A stretch of 63,546 nt of DNA, the filler included, from Octopus bimaculoides (Eukaryota), in assembly GCF_001194135.2 (NCBI RefSeq). It is 3 parts of 2 records of this genome, joined end to end, with 100 filler letters (N's around TTAATTAATTAA, not from the genome) between each part and the next. Parts side by side here need not be neighbours in the genome. Positions count along the whole stretch, not along the records: positions 21,727 to 50,729 come from NC_068987.1; 2 more parts are not named here. One strand, written 5' to 3'. How positions within the stretch are numbered: the first letter of the stretch is position 1; the number at the start of each line of letters is the position of its first letter. This document shows, one piece after another, positions 23,046-34,091 of this stretch. Made by a program: the position numbers and the translations under genes. The notes under the pieces are model-generated. The model worked only from the letters and a program-made list of their open reading frames with translations. It was not told the DNA's origin and searched no databases.

Positions 23046-25046
23046 ATAAGCGTTTAATATTAAGATAAAACAAAATAAAACAAAACAAAGCAATCGATTG
23101 TGATGTAAATGAATTATACAAACAGACAGTTAACGAAGTGAATATGACTTCATATTTCTACAAGAAATATGAAGCCATGTTTGAAAACCAAAACAAAATA
23201 AAATTACTTTGAATTATGGTCCAAGATACCTATTGGAGATGGAACAAAATTTCTAGTTTTTCCATACTGCTTTACCCCTTTGTGCATAATTCGCAGAATA
23301 TCGAGCGATTTTTGCCGGGTGTTTCAAAATTTTGTTATTGATGTCGAAGTTGTTTCTTCTTCAAAACCTATTTCTATCTTAACGAAGTGGTGTCTCATGT
23401 GTAACTTGATTCTGGAGATTATGTAATATGTTGGTTATATCGAGTTTTCAACAAAGTACAATAAGTAAACTACTTTATTGTAAACTACTTCGTTAAGGCT
23501 TTGTTGAATATTACTCTAAAAAAGCTGAATCTTCTGAGTATCTTGCATACTAAGTTACATATTGTATAAACCCTGTCTCATGTAACGTAGAAGGTAAATA
23601 TCTAACAACTGCCATTGTCTATGATGCTGATATGAGACTAGAAAATGTGTCAATAACGAAACATTATATTGGTTTAACGACGCCCTGGCTTAAACTGCAT
23701 TATAATGAACACACACACACATCTTCCAGCACACAAACAAACATACTGCTACCACTTTGTCATGGTACATTTGGGATTCGAAGGCCATGCATAAATATTG
23801 AAATTTGAGATATGCAACACAATACGACCAAGTTTTGAGATTCTGAGATTTATGAACAAGTGAATAAGTAGAAATGTTGTTCTATCCCGCGAACATCTTG
23901 AGCTGCAATTCAGATTTAATATATTATTGCAGACACAGACTTCATATTTATTGCAGATCTATTTGTGTGAAACTGTTATTTACACTATACACTATTTATT
24001 TAAATCACACTCAATTAAAAACATGTTAACTTTTAGGGAATTCTCCCTTGCACTATAAACTGTAAAACCTGCGACATATACATTTCTATAAAGTTAAAGC
24101 CCTGCTTCACTCCTATCTTACACCTTTTTCTACTCTTCACTCCTACCTTCCTCTTTTCAAGCACTATTTTTCTTTATCCTCTCCCTCCACCACTCACAGC
24201 CTCATATCATAGCGTATTTTCTATTCGAAATCACTCGTACTCTATCACATTATACGATTGTTCTCAAATATGACACCTCACAACCAATCAAAACACGTGT
24301 TTTTTTTCAAATAGTTTATGACTTTGTGAAAGTTTTCCGTCTAATTACTTCTGATAGGTGTGCTAACAGGTCAAAAACAGAGTTGTGCTAATAAAATCTC
24401 CGCTTCCCTTACATTTTATACGACTTTACACTCGTTTTTGTGAAATGTTTCGCGTGTTTGTACTTGGTCATTCATCAAATATGATCCAAAATAAATAAAT
24501 TTCCTTTCTCCTTCTTATCTGAGAGATGAATGTCGGCAAGTCTCTCAAGTGAAATAGTATCGCAGCTGTCCAGTCTACGGCCGACGTATAGTTAGATTCC
24601 GTGGATGACTTTGTGGACTTTTTTTCTGTCTGTTTAACCTGATATTTTATGAGTCATTATTCATAACTACATTTACATTTGAACAACTACATGAAGAAAA
24701 AAAGACTTCATTTCAAATTTCCCAATGCTTCAAATCACGACCCCAAAACATATTCGCCCCCCCCAAAAACAAACATATATTCATGTATGTATACATGTAT
24801 ATGTACGTGTGTGTATATATATNNNNNNNNNNTGAATAAATACTGAGGTCAATATGAAATTGCTGGCCTTGTGCCAAAATTTGAAAGTATTATTTATAAC
24901 TACATTTACATTTGAACAACTACATGAAGAAAAAAAGACTTCATTTCAAATTTCCCAATGCTTCAAATCACGACCCCAAAACATATTCGCCCCCCCCAAA
25001 AACAAACATATATTCATGTATGTATACATGTATATGTACGTGTGTG

Positions 25047-25087
<41 letters not shown>

Positions 25088-25184
25088 TCATGCGTACGTA
25101 TGTGTATATGCTTGAGTTTGTGTGAAGACAGTGTATTCATGCTACGACATGCATTCCATTAAGTGTTCCACATTTCTTTCCCAG

Positions 25185-25449
25185 GATGGTTCTACTGTCC
25201 AGATTCCGATGAAGACTGTCCTCCACCCTACTACGAAGACGCTCAAGCAGTGTCCGATGCGAGAGCCAAAGCTGTGATCACCATGAAGGAAACATTGGCC
25301 ATACACCAGCCAGAGAGTTCAATACAGAGTGGAAAAGATTTTTATGAAGAACGACCTGTTGAACCCGGTCGAGTGTTGCGAGTGTTGAACTCCGATGTGG
25401 TGAAAGGGAAACACTTGAAACAGTTGAAACAATATCAGAATAAAACAAG
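25185..25449 (+). CDS. Internal coding exon of a CABIT-domain protein (THEMIS/GAREM/Serrano family)
   Basis: Acceptor catttctttcccAG (25183-84) and donor AAG|GTAAAG (25450). (G)WFYCPDSDEDCPPPYYEDAQAVSDARAKAVITMKE aligns by eye with GAREM [37 protein letters not shown]. Starts in phase 1 and ends in phase 2. Confidence 0.8.
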
Positions 25450-25849
25450 GTAAAGATAATATATCACTTTAAATTATGGTATCAGTTATGAGAACAACAC
25501 CTTAATCATTAGGCCCTGGGGGTCAATTCCTGGACGGGGCGGCACGTTGTGTCCTTGAGCAAAGCATATCACTTCACTTTGCTCCAGTTTACTCAGATGA
25601 AAATAAATAACAGCCGAGTACAGGCACGGCTCTCTCTCTCTCCCCTCCTCAATCTCACTCTCTTTCTCTCCCCTTCATTCCTCTCTCTCCCTCCAGCCTT
25701 CATGTTCCCGATGTTTCGCTGGTTCACGAGACTCTGTCTATATCTGCTCGCAATTACACAGGCACCAAAAAAAATCAATTAGCGAAAGCATGATGCATGC
25801 TGCCAGGTCATACTCGCTTGTATTGATAGTCAGATGTAATAGTGAATCA

Positions 25850-26012
25850 GTTGAGTTGGTGGTGGTGATGGCGGTGGTGGTGGTGGTGGTGGTGGTGAGG
25901 TGTTAATGATGATGTTGCTGTTGCTGGTAGTGATGGTAGTGGTGGTAGTGGTAATGGTAGTGGTGGTGATGGTGGTGGTGGGGATGATGGTGATGGTGGT
26001 GGGGATGTCGTT
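25850..26012 (+). repeat. Compound (GGT/GAT/AGT)n trinucleotide tract in the CABIT intron
   Basis: Degenerate ggtggtgatggtagt runs. Further (TAG)n and (GGA)n tracts lie at 26307-26400 and 26533-26610. Confidence 0.9.
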
Positions 26013-26330
26013 TAGCTCTCGGTCAGTTCTGGTCATCTTGCCTCTCCATTTACATTATTCAATGTAGACGCCTTTTTTTTAAGAGACGGATGATAAGGTG
26101 TGATTTGAGGGAGATTTGGTTGCTATTTTGTAACAGTGCTGGTGTTGTTGTTAGTGTTTTTAGCCCCAGGTTAACACTGAACCTTTAAACCTATTCTGAT
26201 GTAAATATGGTTGAGTGAGATTTAGCTGTTACTTTTTGCACGTAAAATAACCACGTTGAGAGTTCCTCGTTATCAATTTGATAAAAAAAAAATGAAAGTG
26301 GGTATTGTAGTAGTAGTAGTAGTAGTAATG

Positions 26331-26383
<53 letters not shown>

Positions 26384-26829
26384 TGGTAGTGGTAGTGGCG
26401 GTAGCGGTGGCACTTAATCTCAGGTTAATCTTAGTCTTACAAACATTTTGCTAGGTGAATGTGAGTGAGGGAGATTTAGCTGCTATTTTCTGTATGCTGA
26501 ACAACCACGTAGTCAAAATCTTCCTTTTCGGTTAGTAGTAGTAGTAGTAGTAGTAGGAGGAGGAGGAGGAGGAGGAGGAGGTGGAGGAAGAGGAAGAGGA
26601 AGAGGGGGAAAAGCGGCAGTAGTGGCGGCAGCAAGAGCAATTTGACCTTGGTCAGTAAGTCTTGAGCTTTAACGACTCGAACAGCCGGTTACTTTTATGT
26701 CGAAATGGACCGATACTGAGATGATTGATGTGGTTAAAAATGATTGTAAACCATATTTCAATACATTTAACGTTTGAATTTTTTTTTTCCAGAAAATAAT
26801 TCCTGTTCTTTTGCTTTTATTACTTTCAG

Positions 26830-27469
26830 ATTTTTGAAATGCTTCAGTGAAAGTAAAGATATCCTCCTGATTCCGTTTTCATCCAACACTGGCTTTTGTG
26901 AACTTCCTCTTGATGGCCCAGACAGTAAAAAATATTTGACGATGAAGAATATAATTGAACGTGAAGACTTTCCATTCCGATTAAATTTAGTATGTGGTAA
27001 TCTACCGCCAATTCTTGATACTTTTATCGGAGTAGTTATGGCAAAAAAGGTAATCAAAGAATGCACAGTATTAGCTTCTACCCTGAGTAGTAGCGATCCT
27101 TTAATGTTAGAATTAAAGCTTGATTCCCCTGTACGTTTTTTTATAGCTTTGAATAATCTAGACCTTCAACAACGTGACGACTACTTAGAAGCCCTTCACG
27201 TTTGCAATAGCGAAGGAGAAAGCTATCTGCAGAATATGAAAGTTGCATTTCAAGTTTACCCAGATGTTTCAAATTTAAGCGAAGACAACAAAGATTGTGA
27301 AGAGAACTCCAGCATCACCAGAACTGATTCTATTGGGTTCTATTCTGAAATATCTGACGAGTTCTTAGTTGAAGACTGGGAACAGGACAAAAAAGACAGT
27401 TCCCTACCGAGCAATTTAGCTACAGAAACAGAATTACAACCTGTACCGCACAGTGAAACATTCGTTTGA
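26830..27469 (+). CDS. Probable terminal coding exon of the CABIT-domain protein
   Basis: Acceptor ttttgcttttattactttcAG (26828-29) is phase-compatible with the upstream donor (AG+A = Arg). FLKCFSESKDILLIPFSSNTGF...MKNIIEREDFPFRLNLV...CTVLASTL...LMLELKLDSPVRF aligns by eye with GAREM [22 protein letters not shown]...IRNIVEKTRLPVNVTV...TVVVCCVL...PMHFPL. TGA at 27467-27469. Confidence 0.82.
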
Positions 27470-27679
27470 CTTAGCAAATTGTCTAATTGGTATTTAATTC
27501 ACTATCAGTATTATCAATCTATTTGATTAGTTGGTTAATTAATTTATACATGTAATTGATATTGATCAGGTCATCAAATATCTAAATAACTAACTTCTTA
27601 TTCACCAACTGGTTACATAGCACACACACACACACACACATTGCTCATATAATACTGTGAACATTTATTTTCTAACACT

Positions 27680-27685
27680 AATAAA
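27680..27685 (+). terminator. Candidate polyadenylation signal (AATAAA)
   Basis: AATAAA about 210 nt after the stop codon. Weak on its own in AT-rich DNA. Confidence 0.3.
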
Positions 27686-28731
27686 AATTTATTATGGTTT
27701 AATGAAAACTAATGAACTACATCTTCATCTATTCAAAAAAAGATTCGTATTAATACATATTAAAAAAATTCTCTTGTATCTTACACAAACCTTAAAGTTT
27801 CATTTTTGTTATGGTCCTAGGTTATGCTTCACTGAACAAACCAATGACCAAAAGGTATTCCATCCCTGACCGTTCCAATTTTTGAATACATTATTCAATG
27901 TGTGTTTTAAAAAAAAATTTTTTTTAAGGATGAGAAGATGTGATTTGAAAGGAATTTGGCGGCAATTTTTAGCCAGTTCTACATGATTTTTTACGATTTT
28001 TTTTCCTTCGTTGCTACTGTAATTAGGTCAGCTCTGATTGAGCAAAACAAAGACGTTCCAGATGTGACCACCCTAACTTTTATTAACACATGTTGTATTT
28101 AGTATTACATTACCTAAATGTGTCCTTTTTCGCTAGAATACGGTAGGATTTGATTCTAGGAAGATTTGGTTGATATTTCTAACCTGTCCGGCGATTACAA
28201 TAACAAACATTTCGTAGGTTGATTTCTGATACTCGTTCTTCTACGACAAATAGATGAAAGCCACTTCACAACATTTAAGCTGGTTGTGATCGAACAGACC
28301 CTTGATGGAAGGCGTTCTAGTCATTTCCATCCTGATTTTTTTTTGTATCGCACGGACTATTTATGTGTGCGTGTGCGAGTAACTTTGCTGTCAGTCCTGA
28401 TCCAGCAGACTGAAGACGTTCCAGTCATAACGATTTATTTTTGTATTATACGTAGTGCATCTCAGATTACACATTCCAACGTATCTTTTCTTGTTATTGC
28501 TGTGGTTTAACTTCCGGCTCAACTCAATCAAAGAAACTCATATAATCATAACCAGAAACATTCTTACTGTAGGATGTTCAAAGGTGATACTAAAAAGAAT
28601 TGGCTGCTATTTATACCATGCCGAGCGACAAGATTAATTGAGATTCCATAGGCTGGTTTTGACACTCGTTGTTCAAAAGGATGAAAGTCATTTCGTGACA
28701 TTTACATTCTGATGTTGGTACTAGCAGCTTG

Positions 28732-29325
28732 GGATCTATTTTAAAACGGGGGCCACATTTTTCATTAATGTTTTACGTAGTGTTTTTGGTACGGAAAGAC
28801 TTTCAAACTTCGTATACTTATCTATTTTGTGTTATAGAACAGAAAAAATATTTTTGTATTCGAATTTATTTCATGTAAAAAATTGTCTTATTTCGATAAT
28901 TTCAACCAATCACTGACAAGTATTCAGTTGTTTATATTTACTCCTTTGGCTGATTAAGCGATGTAAAGCGTATTTAATCTCCATACCTTCGTTTTATTTG
29001 CTTTTTTCATTTTAAATTTGCTTTAACCCTAACCCTAACCCTAACCCTAACCCTAGGGTTAGGGTTAGGGTTAGGGTTAGGGTTAATTGTTTCAGAATCG
29101 TTTGTTTATGTAGTCGGCACTTAATGTATATCGGCTGAATGGACGTCAGTGATTGGTTGAAATTACAGAAATACGACAACTTTAACATGGAATAACTTAT
29201 GGATTTCTTTTTTTTTTAAAGAAGACTAAGAGAAAAAGATGTTTTATATGACACATTCTACCAGTGTTCCAAGTTTCAAAGTGTTTCGTTAATGAAAAAT
29301 GTGGCCCCCGTTTTAAAAAAGATCC
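28732..29325. mobile_element. 594-bp fold-back MITE with 8-bp TSD (possibly Merlin-like)
   Basis: 36-bp TIRs ggatctattttaaaacgggggccacatttttcatta (28732-28767) and 29290-29325, with 1 mismatch. Exact TSD gcagcttg at 28724-28731 and 29326-29333. Perfect inner 21-bp inverted repeat at 28897-28917/29145-29165. The superfamily is only inferred from GG termini plus the 8-bp TSD. Confidence 0.88.
29023..29086. repeat. Perfect 64-bp palindrome of telomeric repeats, (TAACCC)5 then (GGGTTA)5
   Basis: ttaaccctaaccctaaccctaaccctaaccct|agggttagggttagggttagggttagggttaa, with the symmetry axis between 29054 and 29055. Confidence 0.97.
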
Positions 29326-30271
29326 GCAGCTTGTTCTGGGTGTGCGTATTTCGTTGTACATGGAATACCTTGATATATTGAAGTGGTATCCCGCACAAAA
29401 TTTAATGAAAGGTTAAGTCCATCGCTTTCAAAACCGCTATCGAAGATTATTAAACATTAGTTATATGCAGTATGTATATGCAGTGAATGGTAGCAAGTGG
29501 TTTGATTGGACACCAGTTTCAAGGAAGCATTTCGTATTGATGTGATTGTCTGCTGGTTTTGCTCTACATATCACCATTCCAAAAGAAGGAAGTCTAACCG
29601 GAAAAATCTCATATACATTTATACATAATCATCTACCCACACACATATTTATGCGTCTCCCCTCTTTCTATGTATATAGTTATTTCAATAAAAATACAAT
29701 TTGTTGTTGGTTAACGTCAGACTAAACGGTGAGTACATATTTACATATTTAATCAAAGGGGAACGTGATCGTATATACAAAAATGAAGTGTTATCGGGAA
29801 ACGTGAATTTGTGGCCCAACGAGTTCTCACGCTTTATTTTCTCTTTTCTCCTTTTTCTNNNNNNNNNNTATATATATACACACACACACAAACATATTTA
29901 CATACGGATATACATACCTGCATGCACACTTATTCTTTTTGCTGAGTTCTTTTTTTTAATCAAACGCCGATATAGACTTGCTCACATAAACATATTCATA
30001 CACAGGCACACACGCGATGTGCACGTGCACACCCACATGTTTTTGTGTTCAAACGAAAGAAATGGGTACTCAATACAATGAAGTAGTTGAATATTTTGTC
30101 ACCATTAATCGAAACTTTTTTAAAAAAATCTTTCATAATTCGTAACAAATGAATATCGGATAGCTTTGTAGCATATTGGTAGATGCTTCAAGCAAATCTA
30201 AACATTTCCAGTTGTTAACATCCATCTCAAATTCAACGTTTTTAAAATATTTTTAAAATTTTGGTTATGTA

Positions 30272-30690
30272 ACTAAGTGGTTAGAGTATTCGGCTCGCGA
30301 TCGTAAGGTCGCAAGTTCAATTCCTGGCAGCGCGTTGTGTTCATGAGCACAACGCTTTAGCTCACGTTACTCCAGTCCACTCAGCCGGCAAAGTGTGTTG
30401 TACCTGTAATTCAATGACACAGAAACTGTCATTCAGTGTTACGCTCAGTCTCCCTTAGAACTATTTTAAGGGTATACGTGTTTGTGGAGGGCTCAGCCAC
30501 TTGCACATTAATTTCTTTAAATAGTCTTGTCTGTTTATGTGAAAATCGGACAAGGAAAAATGGAACCACGTGGTTTCGGTTTCTGTCACACTAGCAAGTG
30601 TCTTTTACTATAGTCCTGGACCGACCAATTCCTTGTGAGTGAATTTGGTAGAAGGAATTTGTGTAGAAACCGTATATATACATATACATA
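30272..30690 (+). mobile_element. SINE (B/C-type head and B-type body) followed by a decayed SINE A 5' half
   Basis: aactaagtggttagagtattcggctcgcgatcgtaaggtcgcaagttcaattcctggc...gtacctgtaattca...ctcagccacttgcacattaatttc, then ggaccgaccaattccttgtgagtgaatttggtaga. Confidence 0.7.
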
Positions 30691-30834
30691 TATATATATT
30701 TTTAAAATGTACCTTAATCCCCTGAGATTGCAGATAATATTTCTGAATCTCTTTGATTCTTTAAATGTGCTGGCCCCCTGATAATTGATCGATATTAATT
30801 TATATATTAATATATGACTAATTACCAGATCTTA

Positions 30835-30869
<35 letters not shown>

Positions 30870-30937
30870 CTTGTTATTTGTACACATAGAAAAAATGCAC
30901 ACACACACACATATATATATACACACACACACGCATA

Positions 30938-30992
<55 letters not shown>

Positions 30993-30996
<4 letters not shown>

Positions 30997-32575
30997 CAAT
31001 GCTTCCCGGAGTTGCGCGGGTGTTATGAGCTATAGCCACATTGTATTATTTGTTTCTTTCTAATGTGCAGAATCGGCACATGAGGAGTGTGAAGCAAACA
31101 ACTCTACTTTATAAACATGTTTTTCGATTATTTCGTGATGAACAATGCTGAAATTGTTGACACCAAAAACATGTAGGATTGCAGTTTAGATCAGAAGGAA
31201 ATTCTAATATTGCCCCTAGAATTACCTAGACTTACGGATTTAAAGAACTGGATGACGTATGAGGACGTAGATGTATCCGTATTGCAGAAAGTAAGGTCCA
31301 TAGAAAGAAAGCTGTTTCATTGTGAAAAGAATCATCTCTAATGTTTGGGCAGACTATACACTTCAACATATGTTAAGGGAAACCGACAATGCTTCTAGGT
31401 AAACTCTGTTTTGCATAAGCTTAGTATTGATAGAATAAATATACAAGTCATCTGCATTGCTAACTCGAGAGCAGGCGTTATATAGTTGTCCATGTGAAAA
31501 GCAGGGTATTTGTAAATTGAGACACACAATTTTTAAAGTTTGACTCTGGACTTTGTTGATTATCAAAGCGAAGCATAATCGCAATGGGAACTGAAGGCGC
31601 TTGAACTGAAATGACACATTTGAGTGAATAAGGGGCATGCGTAGAATGTATGCGATCTCTTCTCGATGGCAGTCGGCTATAATGGTTGCCAGTAGGACAT
31701 GACTTGTCATTGTTATTACAGTCAATCTTGTACCATTGCATAGTCGTAGTGGGTCGAAATTCCCCAAGAGCATGATAGGTGTTCCTTTCTTTAGGAAAAA
31801 CTAATGCAGTGGCAGTCCTGTGGGTTGTAGAGAGTTGAGAAATTCAACTGGATAGTCAACAGTGGCATGTTTATTGACAGTAGTATCAATGGAGACAAAC
31901 GTTGAAACATCTTCAGGTAGAATGTGGAGGAGTTCATGGATTACTTTATCAACGCTTTCATTCCGAGGTGCTAAAATAGCTCTCTCTGCGAACCATGCTA
32001 TGTTTTTGAAGTTATCTTGCAATGCGGGAAATACCTTTTCNNNNNNNNNNCTGGATAGTCAACAGTGGCATGTTTATTGACAGTAGTATCAATGGAGACA
32101 AACGTTGAAACATCTTCAGGTAGAATGTGGAGGAGTTCATGGATTACTTTATCAACGCTTTCATTCCGAGGTGCTAAAATAGCTCTCTCTGCGAACCATG
32201 CTATGTTTTTGAAGTTATCTTGCAATGCGGGAAATACCTTTTCTTTAAGCTCGGCCATTGTAGACACCATGTGCCCACATTGCCGTACATGCTGTTGCAG
32301 GGTGTTATTCAACGGTAAAGCGCCATTTCCAATTAGTAGAAGTTGATGAAAGAATTCCAAGGGGTCGTTGTAGAGATGAGCTCGAATATTGTTGCTTAAT
32401 GAAAGCCGACGAACAAACCTCCACAGAGGTGAAAACTTCAGACACACATAGATGTCGTCAGCTCGCGTACCACTTGGTATGACAGGCAATATTTGACGGA
32501 AATCCCCTGCGAGGACAACAGTTAAGCTCCCCATAACGGAAGTACTGTTTCTAATATCTCTTAGTGATAGGTCAC
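30993..32575 (-). mobile_element. Helitron 3' portion: Pif1-type helicase C-terminal part plus 3' terminus
   Basis: VVLAGDFRQILPVIP, ERAILAPRNESVDKV, YPVEFLNSLQPTGLP, IMLLGNFDPLRLCNGTRL, RLQFPLRLCFALIINKVQSQTL and FSHGQLYNACSRV. Subterminal hairpin cccgcgcaactccggg (31005-31020) followed by ...gTTAG|t at 30993. Confidence 0.93.
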
Positions 32576-32576
32576 C

Positions 32577-33054
32577 TTACTCCAGTCCACTCAGCCGGCA
32601 AAGTGTGTTGTACCTGTAATTCAGTGACACAGAAACTGTCATTCAGTGTTATGCTCAGTCTCCCTTAGAACTATTTTAAAGGTATACGTGTTTGCACATT
32701 AATTTCGGATCAGCTGGACCATTCATCGTCGTAACCGGAGGAGTGCCCGTTTAATACTCTGAAATAAAATCTCTATAAAAAGTATACCTTAATTTCATAC
32801 AAACTCTTTGACTTTGACTGAGGGAACAAAAATAGCGTTTGATTGTTGAACAGTTTTCAATGATTCTTTAAATAGTCTTGTCTGTTTATTATGTGAAAAT
32901 CGGACAGGGAAAACTGGAACCACGTAGTTTCGGTTTCTGTCACACTAGCAAGTGTCTTTTATTATAGTCCTGGACCGACCAATTCCTTGTGAGTGAATTT
33001 GGTAGAAGGAAATTGTGTGGAAACCGTATATGTATGTATGTATATATATATATA
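32577..33054 (+). repeat. Diverged direct duplicate of 30366-30690
   Basis: The same SINE-B body, unique spacer and SINE-A head, with about 9 substitutions counted by eye and reciprocal deletions. Confidence 0.85.
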
Positions 33055-33858
33055 NNNNNNNNNNNNNNNNNNNNNNNNNNNNNNNNNNNNNNNNNNNNNN
33101 NNNNNNNNNNNNNNNNNNNNNNNNNNNNNNNNNNNNNNNNNNNNNNNNNNNNNNNNNNNNNNNNNNNNNNNNNNNNNNNNNNNNNNNNNNNNNNNNNNNN
33201 NNNNNNNNNNNNNNNNNNNNNNNNNNNNNNNNNNNNNNNNNNNNNNNNNNNNNNNNNNNNNNNNNNNNNNNNNNNNNNNNNNNNNNNNNNNNNNNNNNNN
33301 NNNNNNNNNNNNNNNNNNNNNNNNNNNNNNNNNNNNNNNNNNNNNNNNNNNNNNNNNNNNNNNNNNNNNNNNNNNNNNNNNNNNNNNNNNNNNNNNNNNN
33401 NNNNNNNNNNNNNNNNNNNNNNNNNNNNNNNNNNNNNNNNNNNNNNNNNNNNNNNNNNNNNNNNNNNNNNNNNNNNNNNNNNNNNNNNNNNNNNNNNNNN
33501 NNNNNNNNNNNNNNNNNNNNNNNNNNNNNNNNNNNNNNNNNNNNNNNNNNNNNNNNNNNNATGTTGATTTTACCTTACATTCTTTCCGAGGTCGATAAAA
33601 TAAGTACCAGTTGAGCACTGGGGTCGATGTAACTGATTTACTTCATTCCCTGAAATTGCTGGCCTTGAGCCAAAAGTTTGAATTCAATAATTATTACGGC
33701 CTATCGGCACTAAAAGATCGAACAAAAAAAAAAAGGTCTTCGCTTTATTTTCCTCTGATAACGAAGTTTCTGATAAGCCAAAAATATAAACGAGAAACAT
33801 TATTTGGTGGTGTGAATACGAGTGTGTGTGTGTATTTGAGAGTCTGCGTCTATCTGTG

Positions 33859-33894
<36 letters not shown>

Positions 33895-34023
33895 TGAAAG
33901 ACAAAGAGAGGGAGAGAGAGAGAGAGCGTGTGTGCATTATATCTCCAGGAAGCTATGTTTGAAGTTACTGAAAAGCTGGAGAAACTACTGTAAATACATA
34001 AGTAATTTTGTATGTTTTCCTAC

Positions 34024-34091
<68 letters not shown>

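Noticed and set aside
26774-26829. Start of the 231-aa ORF as listed in the track
   Set aside because: The TTG start and MNFFFPENN... lie in the intron's polypyrimidine tract. The phase-compatible exon starts at 26830.
29023-29086. Relic of a chromosome end-to-end fusion
   Set aside because: The orientation is CCCTAA then TTAGGG, the reverse of a fusion signature, and the tract is inside a TIR/TSD-bounded element.
31848-32243. Direct repeat of about 193 bp inside the Helitron helicase
   Set aside because: An exact overlap on either side of a 10-N gap, i.e. unmerged contig ends.
21960-32575. One Helitron that captured the CABIT exons
   Set aside because: The N-terminal fragment is on + and the helicase/3' end is on -, so they cannot be the two ends of one element.
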